From an uncultured virus (IMG/VR IMGVR_UViG_3300043423_000026) (lineage: Duplodnaviria; Heunggongvirae; Uroviricota; Caudoviricetes; Crassvirales): a DNA stretch of 64,000 nucleotides. The notes beneath the pieces were generated by a model that searched no databases, was not told where the DNA came from, and worked only from the letters and a program-made list of their open reading frames with translations. The stretch's first letter is position 1; each line of letters opens with the position of its first letter. The translations under genes were made by a program, and so were the position numbers. This document shows positions 27,475 through 38,146 of the stretch, one piece after another. The stretch lies in IMG/VR virus record IMGVR_UViG_3300043423_000026, one strand, 5' to 3'.

Positions 27475-28311
27475 TTAATAACCAACTCCACTCCAATTTG
27501 TGCCTGCAGGACCATAAGCCCCTCCTACTTGAGGTAATTGAGGTCCGTAAAGTGGATTTGGAGCGCTAGGATTCCAATTCACACCCGCAGGTCCGTAAGC
27601 TCCTCCTGTTTGAGGCAATTGAGGACCTTGTGTAGGTAACGTTCCGTATGGATTTTGAACCATAGGATTCCAATTTACACCCGCAGGTCCGTAAGATTGT
27701 TCTGTACCCGGTAAAGGGTTTGTTGGAGCAGGTCCGGGAGTAATTGCAGTAGGTGGGACTTTTTGATATAAATTAACAAAATCTAAACCTTGCTGAGCAG
27801 TAGATGCTAATCCTTGAAACCCTTCACTCATAGCTGCTGTAGACGCTTCTTGAGCATCTCTCGCTGCTAATTGAGCTCCTTCTGCTTCGCCTAAATCTAA
27901 TTGCACACCTAAGTCTCTAAGTCTACTATTTTCATTAATAATATCTTTATTAATATCAGTTAACTCTTGACCCATAGTACCTCTAATATCAGCTTGACCT
28001 TGATTCATAGCCATCTGAACTTTACCTGCTGTGGTTTCGGCACCTCTTTCTGATTCTTGACCGGCTCGAATAGCTTGTGCTCCTGATGAAATCATAGCTT
28101 CTCTAGCAAGTTCGTAAGGTTCTTTTTGTATAGACCTTTCTTTTGCGTAGTTTATTTCAAGTTTTTTACGAGCTGCCGCCATTGCAGCTGCAGCTGCCGC
28201 TTCAGCCTCTCTTTGCTTTCCTTTTTGTGCACTTGATTGAACAAATGACATTGCGGTAGATGCTCCTGAAACTGCTAAACCGCCTATCGCTATTGCTGTT
28301 GCTACTCCCAT
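27475..28311 (-). CDS. Putative ejection/pilot protein with Pro/Gly C-terminal repeats
   Basis: Hydrophobic Gly/Ala N-terminus, Ala/Gln coiled coil, YGPAG(V/T)NW x3. Confidence 0.55.
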   Translation of the reverse strand: MGVATAIAIGGLAVSGASTAMSFVQSSAQKGKQREAEAAAAAAMAAARKKLEINYAKERSIQKEPYELAREAMISSGAQAIRAGQESERGAETTAGKVQMAMNQGQADIRGTMGQELTDINKDIINENSRLRDLGVQLDLGEAEGAQLAARDAQEASTAAMSEGFQGLASTAQQGLDFVNLYQKVPPTAITPGPAPTNPLPGTEQSYGPAGVNWNPMVQNPYGTLPTQGPQLPQTGGAYGPAGVNWNPSAPNPLYGPQLPQVGGAYGPAGTNWSGVGY

Positions 28312-28312
28312 T

Positions 28313-28723
28313 TTATAATAATTTTATCATTTCACTTGTGTATGAATCTCCTTTAGTGTAACCCAAGTCCTCATACGTTTTGATTAAACTGTTGTTTTTT
28401 ATTAAAGCGTAGGCATATTTACTGCCTGACATTCTACTAATATTTGTAAGAGACTCTATAAGTAATCTTATTGCTTCTCTTCTTTTTTCTTTTTCTCTAT
28501 AATCTTTATTCGATACTATCCAATCAACCCAAGCTACTCTTGAGTTGGTTATATAAATAAATCCTGCACAGATAGGGGTTTCTTCATCATAAACTATATA
28601 GCCTCCCATTCCATTATCAGGAAGAAAATCTTTCTCAGGAGCCGTCCAACCCCATTGTTTCCACCAATCAACAAGTATTTCTTGGTAGTCAGTCTCGTTA
28701 AGTTGTCTAATAGTTAGTTCCAT
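28313..28723 (-). CDS. GNAT-like acetyltransferase
   Basis: LTIRQL...GYIVYD...AGFIY...LIKTYEDLGY; same slot as the acetyltransferase-like genes before ejection proteins in podoviruses. Confidence 0.55.
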   Translation of the reverse strand: MELTIRQLNETDYQEILVDWWKQWGWTAPEKDFLPDNGMGGYIVYDEETPICAGFIYITNSRVAWVDWIVSNKDYREKEKRREAIRLLIESLTNISRMSGSKYAYALIKNNSLIKTYEDLGYTKGDSYTSEMIKLL

Positions 28724-28744
28724 ACAGAGACAAAGATAATAAAA

Positions 28745-29560
28745 TTAAGGGAAACTTTTCATAACTTCTGATTCAACTGAAAATAATTCTATTTTACTAG
28801 TTGAATTATTTTGTAAAGTAAAGGTGCAATAATGCCCTAAAACTCCGTGAGACTCAGCAACTGAGTTCTTAACGTAGAAGAAAAAGTTTACATCAGATGG
28901 TATCGGAACCGACACAGGACTAAACATTGCGTTATCTATAATAATTTGGTTTAAACCATTTGGTAAGTCAACGTTTATAGATTTAACTTTACCTGCAAAG
29001 CTAGGTGTTGGATGTCCAAAATAAACATAATCACCCACACTTATAATGCTTCCAATAGATATTAATGGAGATATACTGAAATTAATTGCAGTATCAGTTG
29101 TTCCTGCATCATCTACAGTAATACTGTTACCAATACCATTTAAACTTCTAAGAGCAAACTCTCCAATAGTATTATTTCTAACAAAAGCATAATAAGAGGC
29201 TTCTTTCTTTTCAAACCAAGATAAGTCAATGAATCCTGATACTTGTAGGTCTGTTTGTAATGTAGCTCCCCAAGGTGCATCTCCTTCTAAATTAATGGTT
29301 TTAAATAACTTATTCTCAAGCGCTGAGTTATTGAATACACTCTGAATAGAAGTTGGTGTAAAGGCACCTAAAGGTTGCCCTAATCTAGTCCACCAAGGTT
29401 GGTAGAATGTATTACGTGAAGCATTTACATTATGCTTATACATATTACCACCTTTAAATGTGTAAAAATAATTATTCATTCCAATCATCCACTCAGGATA
29501 ATAAGAGTAAAAAGAAACCCACCCGGCTACTCCTTCGCTATATGATAACGTATATTCCAT
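28745..29560 (-). CDS. Tail protein resembling the C-terminal part of nozzle/stabilisation proteins
   Basis: TLSYSE..GWVSFYSY.P...KLFKTINLEG...KE..YYAF...ELFSVESE. Confidence 0.55.
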   Translation of the reverse strand: MEYTLSYSEGVAGWVSFYSYYPEWMIGMNNYFYTFKGGNMYKHNVNASRNTFYQPWWTRLGQPLGAFTPTSIQSVFNNSALENKLFKTINLEGDAPWGATLQTDLQVSGFIDLSWFEKKEASYYAFVRNNTIGEFALRSLNGIGNSITVDDAGTTDTAINFSISPLISIGSIISVGDYVYFGHPTPSFAGKVKSINVDLPNGLNQIIIDNAMFSPVSVPIPSDVNFFFYVKNSVAESHGVLGHYCTFTLQNNSTSKIELFSVESEVMKSFP

Positions 29561-29562
29561 AA

Positions 29563-30498
29563 TTATACACAGTTTGTTATTGCAATTACTATTCCTTCTT
29601 TTACCTCTATTACTTTGTTTCCTCCTGCTACATTATTACTCAAGTAATGACCATCAGACAAAGGAGCAGACCCAAAAGCATCTAAAAATATATAATCATA
29701 TAGTCCTACATAACTATCTGCATCCGTATGTACTTTTGCAAAATAATATGTTTGAGTTAATGATGTACCACAAGGTATTGATGATGAACCATATTCTGTA
29801 GAACCTGAGAATGAAGGTAACAAATCAGGGCAAGATACATCTATAGTCCAAGCAGTACTACCACAAGGGCCTAACATCTTAAAGTTTATTATATTTGGAG
29901 TTGCTGTTGTTTTTGGTATCACCATAACGCACTCACCTGGAGAGGAAGGACCTAAGTCTACATCTCCCGGATTTATGGTTATACTTTGAGTGTTTCCTGT
30001 TGCAACAAAAGAAGTTCCATTATATAAATATTCAGTAGCCGCAGGTATATTAGTTATAACCCCTGCTAATCCACAATCAGATGCTGAATTACCTACAATA
30101 GTAAATCCTGTTGGGTCAGTACTTTTATGTAGACCATCTACAGGAGAGCTTAAAGTATTGTAAGTGCTTCCATTGTAATCTACTTTTATACCATCAGGTA
30201 CATTCTGAGGGTCAAATTTAATAATTATAGCCCCTATGTCTGATGGAGTACTTCCTGTATCTGAATTTAAAAGATACAAACCTGTACCTCCGCTTCCTGC
30301 TATAGCAGTACCGCAAGGTGTTCCGCAACTAGGACAAGCACTAGCAGTCAAAAGTATTCCTGATGACTGCTGTCTTGATATTGTTCCGTCTCCATAAAAT
30401 CCATCAGGAGCTATTAGAGACAACGCTGAATCTAAATATACGGCTGTCGCTGTTGCTAAATCAGCCGCATTTAAGTAAAAAGTTGAATTTATTGCCAT
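29563..30498 (-). CDS. Cys-rich virion/tail accessory protein
   Basis: Beta-rich; shares a ~50-aa module with the C-terminus of the 1615-aa protein. Confidence 0.55.
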   Translation of the reverse strand: MAINSTFYLNAADLATATAVYLDSALSLIAPDGFYGDGTISRQQSSGILLTASACPSCGTPCGTAIAGSGGTGLYLLNSDTGSTPSDIGAIIIKFDPQNVPDGIKVDYNGSTYNTLSSPVDGLHKSTDPTGFTIVGNSASDCGLAGVITNIPAATEYLYNGTSFVATGNTQSITINPGDVDLGPSSPGECVMVIPKTTATPNIINFKMLGPCGSTAWTIDVSCPDLLPSFSGSTEYGSSSIPCGTSLTQTYYFAKVHTDADSYVGLYDYIFLDAFGSAPLSDGHYLSNNVAGGNKVIEVKEGIVIAITNCV

Positions 30499-30505
30499 AT
30501 TTTAA

Positions 30506-33500
30506 TTATATTTCACAACCACAAGAGCTGAATGTTATTGTTGCTGCAACCAATGGATTGCTGCAAGTTGGAGCTCCAATACTACAGATTGGATAATCAA
30601 TAGTGTCTTTATATATAACTACCTCTTGATAGTAACCATCTTGATTATAGAATCCAACAAGTACCGTTGATGCAACTGTGTTACTTACAAGGTAAGTGTT
30701 ATAAGGAGTCGGACAAGACTCAGTACAATTACAGCAAATATCATTTGCATCTGAACCGTAACACAAAAGTACTTCAACACTACAAGGTGCGCAAGTTTGA
30801 ATAGGTAATAATGCTCCATCAACTAACTCTCTAACAGTTCCTCCAAAAGAATAGAATCCATTTGCAGCAAATGTAGTCATATTTGCATCTGTAAATATAG
30901 ATGTTGAGCTTTCAAAAGAAGCATTTAAGTAATAATAACTTGAAACACAATCACAACAAGCATCTATAGCTGTAGCTGCAAAACATAACTCAGTTAATAT
31001 AGAGTCTCTTAAATCCCAAATTAAATACAGGTAATCTCCTGCCGCAGGAAGCACAAAGTTTGCATAAAACAATGGACTTGTTCCTAAATTTGGTGTAATA
31101 GTTGTTGTTGAAGGGTCACTTAATAAAGCTTGAATATCTGTATTATTGTTTTCATAAAGCACAGAGCTTCTAAGGAATTTAAACTTATCTTGAGCAATAT
31201 TAAAATCATAAGTATCAGGTGTTATTTTATTAGTAGATAGCGTAACGGTGCTACCATCAGTAGGGAATCCTCCTGTCCCAACAAAACCTGTAGTTATATT
31301 GTATCTTGAAACAAGAGGTGTAGCACTTCCTGAACCAAATACAACTAGGTTAGATAGTAACGGACCTACAAAAGCTCCATCAGTATATCTGTATTGAGTA
31401 TGTATAGTTTGGTCTGCTTCTGAATCATTAGTAAGAACAACCTCTACAATATTTAAAGTAGCAGTATTGCAACAATCCGCCAAAACAGTAACGGTCATAT
31501 CCCCTGTATAAGTAAGAGTTATCTCTGCTGTTTCAACTAATATATTATCTTTATTAAATGTGATTTGACCATCAGCATCTATAGGTCCTGAGCTTACTGT
31601 TGTGCCATCGTAAATAACACTTACATCAAGAGTCTTACCTTCTTCAATATCTGAAAATATCCAAGAAATATCAGTATATCCAACTGTAGGGCCTAAGTCA
31701 ACACAGTAAGTAAATGTTTTAGATACCTCTTGGTCAATGCTTAACGTAAATGTTTGATTGATACCACATCTTGTACATTGTGTATTTACAGGCAGCAATA
31801 CATCATTAGTACTCAACACATACTCATTCATATAAGGGTCAAATCCTCCGAGTTTTTGAGTGTTGAATGAATCATTAAAAGTATCTCTAAACCAAGTTCT
31901 CATATTTTGGTTTGATATAACAACTAATTGGTCACTCTGAAATGAATCTCCTTTTATTTGAATAACAGCACCTCTTTTTACATCTGTAAAATATCTATCG
32001 TAACCCCACTGAACGTAGCTCTCAGCATTAAAACTAATACCATACTTCTCAGTACGTGCTATTTGCGTTCCTAATACCTCAGGAGTCGCTGTAACTATAT
32101 TTCCAGCACTTGCATCAGACAATAAATTTTTACCCGCTAAAACGTAAGATATTTTATCCTCTTGTAAAGTAAGCACATCAGTCTCTCTTCCATCTAATAT
32201 AGATATTTCTCCAAAAGAAGCCTCACAGTTTTTATAGTTAGATAATCCTTTGTTAAACTCGTTTAGTCTATTTACATTAGTCTCTTGATTGTAATTACCA
32301 CTATAGGTAATATCTGAGAATCTATCAGCTCTTTTATAATCTTGTTCAGCAACAGTAGTAACTCTTTCTCCAAAATTAAAACTTTTTCCTACGATTGAGT
32401 CTCTTATTTTATAGCTCTCAGCTCCGTTACCAAAAGAGAAACAGTTAAAGAACTCAGTATCAACTATTGCCGGAACAGTACTTGATTGGTTCTGAACGTT
32501 ACCTAAATGGTTTCCATTTGAATCAATACCAAAAGATAAATTGTTTTCAAAGAATATATCAGGCAAAGCATCTTGAGGTTCTGTCTCGAATATAATCAAA
32601 TCTAAAGCTCTAAATACTTCAACCTTAGATGTTACACAATACTTTCTTGAGTTTGGATAACCTACTCCTGTACAACTTTTACCTGTTGACAATTGAAGAG
32701 ATAACCTGTTTGTAACAGGGTCTCTATAAAACTGAAGGTACATTATTGTAGCATCTGTAAGAGTAAGTATTCCATTAGTAGGTATATATTCTAATTCTGT
32801 ATCTCCATCCTTAGATGTTCCTGTGCTTAATAAAGCAGCAACATTATCTCCGTTCCACCAATCAATAAAGTTATCATAATTGGATGAAGAAGTTAATCTT
32901 CTTTCAAAATTATAACCTCTTCTCTCACAAGAGTTTCCAACACCTGCTCTATCCCAATCTAAACTTAAATTAATAATACTACCTGCAGGAACACTATAAT
33001 CTTCGTATTCCCAAAGTGGATGTAACGGGTCAAATCCTGCACCTTTATTTATATTTACAGTATATGTTGATATAGCAAAATTTCCTCCTTTTGGAGCGCA
33101 TACTTTTTGCTCTCCTAAGTTAACTATAGCGTTAGGGTCAAGAACAGCAGAGAAGCTATTAGGATTGATTTTTATATACAATCCTGCAGGAACTGTTACA
33201 TCTCCAACAGGGTCTATAAATCCTGAAGCCTGGGCTTGTTTATCTAAAACAGTAGCATAAGCACAATTTGTTTTTGGCCCGTCTGTATCTGCTTTAACTA
33301 TTAATTTATCTCCAACCTCTACCTTCTTAGTATTCTCTCCTTCCAAGTAAAACCAAACAGCATTTGTATCAGGGTCTGTGAAGAATAGATTAGAGTATAT
33401 TGTCTCATAATTTTCTTCATCAGGTTTGATAACAAACTTATATCGTTTAGCCCAATAAGGAGCTCTTTGAGTAGGTGGTATAACTACTTGTATTGAGTTC

Positions 33501-35353
33501 TTATTTGCAGAAAGTCCGCAAGATATATGTATTGCATTATTAGGACTTACTAAAGCTGTAGAAGCTCTATTAAAATCATCCATATACACAATACCAATTT
33601 CATATCCTCTATTACTATGCAAGCTTCTTGGATTTCCTATTTCTTGAAAAGCAGCGTCAGCATAAGTTATTTCATAATATTCATATACAAAACCTGTAGG
33701 AGTTGTTGGATTATCAACATACTTCATAGCGCATATTTGAAATCCAATCTCTGTACTTGAAGGAGTTGTTATTATTTTTATAGGTTGATTTATCCCCGTA
33801 ATACCACTCCCGTATTTCTGTAAAGAATCTAAATTATTTGGTAAGATACAGTTAAACGCATCTGTAAAAGTGATTCCATCACAAGATGTTTCAGCTCCCG
33901 GTGTTGGGTCGTAAACAGGAAGTATATTAGCAGCGGTACCTACAGCTTCCTGAAATTCAACACTTGAAGCTAAAGCATACACAGAGCTATAGTCTGCATT
34001 CAAGAAAAAGTCAAATGCAACCTCTGTATTATTAGTTGTTTCAGAAGGAGGTGAAAGAGTTCCTGAAAATGAATTATGAGTAAAGTTTATAGTTAAAGTA
34101 ATAAACGAACCTGCCACAAGACTAACGCCTGCTAAATCTATATAAACAATTGAGTTATTTACAGATAATGGACCGTCTATTGCATAATCACCTGTCTGTG
34201 TATTGTCAGGTATATTTATTAAACCAATCTCTTCTGTTACTAAATTAGCTCTATACTCTAATTTAACAGGTGTACCAAACTTATCTAACAAATCATATCC
34301 CTCAACGTAGTTTCCATACATAAGCCTATTACCCATAATGGTTTGAGCTTTTGAAAGTAAAGGAACGTTATCATAAAGTCTAAGTATCTCTGCTTCACTT
34401 AAAACAGTAAATATTTTACTATTATTAAAAGAAAATTGATATACTTGATTATCAGCAAGACCTGCGTCTGCTTTATTTATTTTCTCAATAATTTTAATTA
34501 TGTTGTTGTTTGATTGTTTGAAAAGCAAATCAATACCAACAACTAATGGCCCTCCTGAGTTATAACTAACTATAGCTGTGTTGCAGAAATTAGTCATACC
34601 TTCATTAAGCATACTATTGATACTAAATTCAAAAGGATTTGGTATAAATGCAATATCGGACCACTGAGAGGTAGCAGAGTACTGACCGTTGTCGTACTCA
34701 TATCTATATGCAAAAGAAATAAATCTTTCTTGCAAATAATTCTCTTGTCCACTTGTATTTATCAATTCTACAGTAGGCGACTCTACAGGTGGTTTTTTAA
34801 TAACAAGAATAGATTCTGCACTAAATTGGTCTATATTAGCTACAGGATTTGCATATCCTTTAGTTATATCTATTTGTCTTGGAGGATTATAATCATCTGT
34901 GATAAATAATAAATTACCAATAATATTAATACCTGTTATTAAATATGAAGGATTAAAATTAAGTGTTGTATTTACTCCATTACCATCATTAATACTAATG
35001 ATGTGATATTTTAAAATAGATGTGTTTACATTAAATGACACCACTAAATCTAACTTGCCTGTTGCTCCAATAGAGAAACTAGGGTCGTGTACACACCAAT
35101 AAATAGTTTCATTAGCGCTATCTTCAATACCTCCAATACATCTTGCATCTACACTCAAAGGAGTACCATCAATATAGGCCAAAGACGTCAAAGGTAAATT
35201 ACCTTTAGTATTCTCTATAACACCAACCTCAGCGTTCTCTGTAGAACCCATTCTGATGTTCATAGCGTCAACATATTCTCCATCAGGAAGTAGTCGTTGG
35301 TCAACGACTTTATTCATTCTTCCCGCTATAAAATTTCTTGTTATATTTGCCAT
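30506..35353 (-). CDS. Tail nozzle/muzzle (stabilisation)-like protein, 1615 aa
   Basis: RNF.AGRMNK..D.RLLPDGEY.DAMNIR start; FAYRY, NRLMYGNY, YEIGIVY.D, GGFDPY. Confidence 0.65.
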   Translation of the reverse strand: MANITRNFIAGRMNKVVDQRLLPDGEYVDAMNIRMGSTENAEVGVIENTKGNLPLTSLAYIDGTPLSVDARCIGGIEDSANETIYWCVHDPSFSIGATGKLDLVVSFNVNTSILKYHIISINDGNGVNTTLNFNPSYLITGINIIGNLLFITDDYNPPRQIDITKGYANPVANIDQFSAESILVIKKPPVESPTVELINTSGQENYLQERFISFAYRYEYDNGQYSATSQWSDIAFIPNPFEFSINSMLNEGMTNFCNTAIVSYNSGGPLVVGIDLLFKQSNNNIIKIIEKINKADAGLADNQVYQFSFNNSKIFTVLSEAEILRLYDNVPLLSKAQTIMGNRLMYGNYVEGYDLLDKFGTPVKLEYRANLVTEEIGLINIPDNTQTGDYAIDGPLSVNNSIVYIDLAGVSLVAGSFITLTINFTHNSFSGTLSPPSETTNNTEVAFDFFLNADYSSVYALASSVEFQEAVGTAANILPVYDPTPGAETSCDGITFTDAFNCILPNNLDSLQKYGSGITGINQPIKIITTPSSTEIGFQICAMKYVDNPTTPTGFVYEYYEITYADAAFQEIGNPRSLHSNRGYEIGIVYMDDFNRASTALVSPNNAIHISCGLSANKNSIQVVIPPTQRAPYWAKRYKFVIKPDEENYETIYSNLFFTDPDTNAVWFYLEGENTKKVEVGDKLIVKADTDGPKTNCAYATVLDKQAQASGFIDPVGDVTVPAGLYIKINPNSFSAVLDPNAIVNLGEQKVCAPKGGNFAISTYTVNINKGAGFDPLHPLWEYEDYSVPAGSIINLSLDWDRAGVGNSCERRGYNFERRLTSSSNYDNFIDWWNGDNVAALLSTGTSKDGDTELEYIPTNGILTLTDATIMYLQFYRDPVTNRLSLQLSTGKSCTGVGYPNSRKYCVTSKVEVFRALDLIIFETEPQDALPDIFFENNLSFGIDSNGNHLGNVQNQSSTVPAIVDTEFFNCFSFGNGAESYKIRDSIVGKSFNFGERVTTVAEQDYKRADRFSDITYSGNYNQETNVNRLNEFNKGLSNYKNCEASFGEISILDGRETDVLTLQEDKISYVLAGKNLLSDASAGNIVTATPEVLGTQIARTEKYGISFNAESYVQWGYDRYFTDVKRGAVIQIKGDSFQSDQLVVISNQNMRTWFRDTFNDSFNTQKLGGFDPYMNEYVLSTNDVLLPVNTQCTRCGINQTFTLSIDQEVSKTFTYCVDLGPTVGYTDISWIFSDIEEGKTLDVSVIYDGTTVSSGPIDADGQITFNKDNILVETAEITLTYTGDMTVTVLADCCNTATLNIVEVVLTNDSEADQTIHTQYRYTDGAFVGPLLSNLVVFGSGSATPLVSRYNITTGFVGTGGFPTDGSTVTLSTNKITPDTYDFNIAQDKFKFLRSSVLYENNNTDIQALLSDPSTTTITPNLGTSPLFYANFVLPAAGDYLYLIWDLRDSILTELCFAATAIDACCDCVSSYYYLNASFESSTSIFTDANMTTFAANGFYSFGGTVRELVDGALLPIQTCAPCSVEVLLCYGSDANDICCNCTESCPTPYNTYLVSNTVASTVLVGFYNQDGYYQEVVIYKDTIDYPICSIGAPTCSNPLVAATITFSSCGCEI

Positions 35354-35354
35354 A

Positions 35355-36278
35355 CTATTTAATTACCTTATCCATTCCTCTTAAATTCATCAATAGTCTT
35401 CCAGGATGAATGTTACTAATTCTTATTTTTGCATTTCTTAATAAAGCTGATTTTTCTTTTCTTGCTCGAGAAACAATATACTCTTGAACTCCAAGTTTTG
35501 AATTTAAAATCTCATAAGTAATATAAGCGTAAATATATTTCTCAAATAACTTGTTTACTGTTACAGAAGAATCATCTCCGCCTTCCATTCCATCAGATAC
35601 ATACTCAAGAATACATAATTCTCCGGCCATACCTGAATCAAAATTAATAACACCTGCTTTTTTATCAATATTAAAAGTCGGGTTAAAGTTTGCAGTCTCT
35701 GTATTTAAACCAAAGTGAGTTTGAACTCCCACTTCAAAATACCAATTTCCATTGTAATTCCATCCTTCCATTCCATCAAATTGGCTACCTCTATTTAGGT
35801 AAATGCTTTTCTTTGAACGATGTAGTCTATCGTAGTCAATATCAGAGTATTGAGGTTCAAGAATATTTCCATTTTGGTCAAATAAAATATTACCCTTTTG
35901 GTCTTGAAGATAAGCATTTGAAGAAAGCGTTTGAATGTTTTCTGTCAAAGGTCTTAACCAACCATCTTTGTATAATGAAATTCTTACCCAATTCACATAA
36001 TCTGAAGGCAATACAAATCTCAAAGAATCAGTAACACTTAGTTCTAATACTTTGATTTCTTTGAACGCATCATAGTTTAACTCCTGAACAGCACGCTTTG
36101 CGTGAAAGATAATCTTATATCTCTCTTCATTGTTTACCAAGGAATGGTTTCCTGAGTACATTAATAAGTAATTGTTTACTACATCTTCAAGACTAATATA
36201 TTGGTAAGAACCCCAATTCTCATTCTCGGGTTGATTACCATTATTGTCATAGTATTGATATTGCGATAAATATGCCAT
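35355..36278 (-). CDS. Head-tail adaptor/ring-like structural protein
   Basis: LPSDYVNWVRIS...LEYVSDG; position between capsid and nozzle genes. Confidence 0.55.
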   Translation of the reverse strand: MAYLSQYQYYDNNGNQPENENWGSYQYISLEDVVNNYLLMYSGNHSLVNNEERYKIIFHAKRAVQELNYDAFKEIKVLELSVTDSLRFVLPSDYVNWVRISLYKDGWLRPLTENIQTLSSNAYLQDQKGNILFDQNGNILEPQYSDIDYDRLHRSKKSIYLNRGSQFDGMEGWNYNGNWYFEVGVQTHFGLNTETANFNPTFNIDKKAGVINFDSGMAGELCILEYVSDGMEGGDDSSVTVNKLFEKYIYAYITYEILNSKLGVQEYIVSRARKEKSALLRNAKIRISNIHPGRLLMNLRGMDKVIK

Positions 36279-36290
36279 ATTGTTTTAAGT

Positions 36291-37241
36291 TTATTGTTGA
36301 ACACTAAATGTAGGTTGTTCGTGTGATTGTTGAAGCATACCAAATTGTGTAACCTCTGTCTCACGTATCGACATACCACAATACTCAAGTATTTTTGTAG
36401 CCAATTTATAAGCATCTTCTTCAGGAAGCTCAAAGTCTTGATAATCAGATTGTGATTGGTCAAATACAGGCTCTCCGTTTGTTAATGAAATATAAGTCCA
36501 TTTTGGAGGTAAAGGATGTCTAAAGTAAATAGCCTCAACCTGACCATAAGAATTTATAGTTGTAGGGTATATTTTTATTTTATCCCCCTCTAAAGTATAA
36601 GAAGGGTATAAAAGATTTGGTTTAGTCAATAAAGAACTATTTAACATTGTTATTTTACCAACGCTAACTTTGTCAGCTTCTTTTGCTGCTTGAGATATTA
36701 CGGCAAAATTCTGAGGTGTAGATGTAAATATGTCTTTATCTAAATTTATTATTGTATCTGAAAAAACAGAAGTAACTTTAGCTGCTTGGTTAGAACTTAA
36801 ATTCACAACAATATCGTCAGGAACTATTCCCCAAGTAGTGAACTGACCTGAAGAACATATAAGCTCATTTGCCGATACAGCACTATTTGTTCCTTGAACT
36901 AATACACCTGAGTGACATAATACCTTTAAAATATAATAAGCTGTGTTTCCGGTAGTTACAAGAGAAGGTGCTGAGTATGCACTTCCTGATATATTAGATA
37001 AATAATTAGTAACTAAAAAAGTTTCTAAAGTCTCAGCTAAAGGAGCCTCTATATCTGCATAATCTGTACCTGAACCTCTTGCATTCTCTGAGTTTATTAC
37101 TTTATTGTAGCTGCTAAAATACTCCTCGTATATCTCCATTTGAGCATTCTCTGCGAATAAATTGAAGTCTGAAGGAGAAATATATCCGTAATTGTTCTTA
37201 TTTAGAACGGACAATACTGTATTTCTAACTTGGTTTATCAT
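36291..37241 (-). CDS. Head-tail adaptor/ring-like structural protein
   Basis: LNKNNYGYISPSDFN.FA..AQ...Y.R.P..PKW...DFELP. Confidence 0.55.
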   Translation of the reverse strand: MINQVRNTVLSVLNKNNYGYISPSDFNLFAENAQMEIYEEYFSSYNKVINSENARGSGTDYADIEAPLAETLETFLVTNYLSNISGSAYSAPSLVTTGNTAYYILKVLCHSGVLVQGTNSAVSANELICSSGQFTTWGIVPDDIVVNLSSNQAAKVTSVFSDTIINLDKDIFTSTPQNFAVISQAAKEADKVSVGKITMLNSSLLTKPNLLYPSYTLEGDKIKIYPTTINSYGQVEAIYFRHPLPPKWTYISLTNGEPVFDQSQSDYQDFELPEEDAYKLATKILEYCGMSIRETEVTQFGMLQQSHEQPTFSVQQ

Positions 37242-37267
37242 TTTAAATCTTTTTTACAAATATACAT

Positions 37268-37298
37268 AAAAAAAAAGGACACAATACGTGCCCCTTTT
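37268..37298 (-). terminator. Intrinsic terminator
   Basis: - strand GGGGCAC-GTATT-GTGTCCT then a T-run. Confidence 0.65.
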
Positions 37299-37321
37299 CT
37301 TAATAATTAAAAAACGAATTT

Positions 37322-38062
37322 TTATTCAAGTATAGCTTCTAACATCTTTAATGAGTCTATACCTTCATCGCTTCTAAGGAAGTGACCTACCATTTCGTAA
37401 GGCTCTTCTCCGAATGGTATAGATAACATTTTTTTCTTGTTAGTAGATGTATTAAACCAAACTTCTCTGTCGTTGTTTCTAAGAGCTAATAACTTATTCT
37501 CAAAGAACAAACGTACCTTAGCTTGAAATTGAAGTTCAGGGTCGTTTAATATGTTTAAAAAGTCTCTTGGTTCGTTTCTAGCATAAACTAAAATGTCTCT
37601 TCTTAATATATCCGTAGGATAGATTGAAGGGTCTTTACCAAACATAACTCTTGTTAGTGTCTCTATTTGTTCCATAGAAAGTTCTCTTGCCGCAATTAAT
37701 GCGTCAATTTCTACATTCATATCTGCAACTTCTTCTTCTGCTTCTTTCTTCTCATCTACTTCTGAGAACACTTTTCCGTTCAAAGGGTGATAATGTAAAA
37801 ACTCCTGTAGCACAGGATTGGTTTTTGAGACAGCTAAGAATCCATCTTCGAATATGATTGGTTCTACGATAGCATTACCATCTTGTTCATCCTCGAAAGG
37901 TGACTTTTGGTTTACCGCATATCTTAAAGGTCTGTTTTGATTTTTGTCTTCATCATACCACATTAAGGGGAATCTTGATTGATTTCTTGATGCTAAACTA
38001 TATGAGAGTGGACTTCCTATTAATAATTTGTAGACTTTGTCTACGGATGTTGTCTTTGCCAT
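37322..38062 (-). CDS. Conserved hypothetical protein downstream of the capsid gene
   Basis: Long clean ORF with late-gene codon usage. Confidence 0.65.
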   Translation of the reverse strand: MAKTTSVDKVYKLLIGSPLSYSLASRNQSRFPLMWYDEDKNQNRPLRYAVNQKSPFEDEQDGNAIVEPIIFEDGFLAVSKTNPVLQEFLHYHPLNGKVFSEVDEKKEAEEEVADMNVEIDALIAARELSMEQIETLTRVMFGKDPSIYPTDILRRDILVYARNEPRDFLNILNDPELQFQAKVRLFFENKLLALRNNDREVWFNTSTNKKKMLSIPFGEEPYEMVGHFLRSDEGIDSLKMLEAILE

Positions 38063-38093
38063 TTTATAAAATATTTAATTTAATTTAATTTTT

Positions 38094-38130
38094 AAAAAAA
38101 TATACAGAGGGACGTTGATGTCCCCCTGTA
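38094..38130 (-). terminator. Intrinsic terminator after the capsid gene
   Basis: - strand TACAGGGGGAC-ATCAAC-GTCCCTCTGTA then TATTTTTTT. Confidence 0.75.
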
Positions 38131-38146
38131 ATATTTAAACTATATA

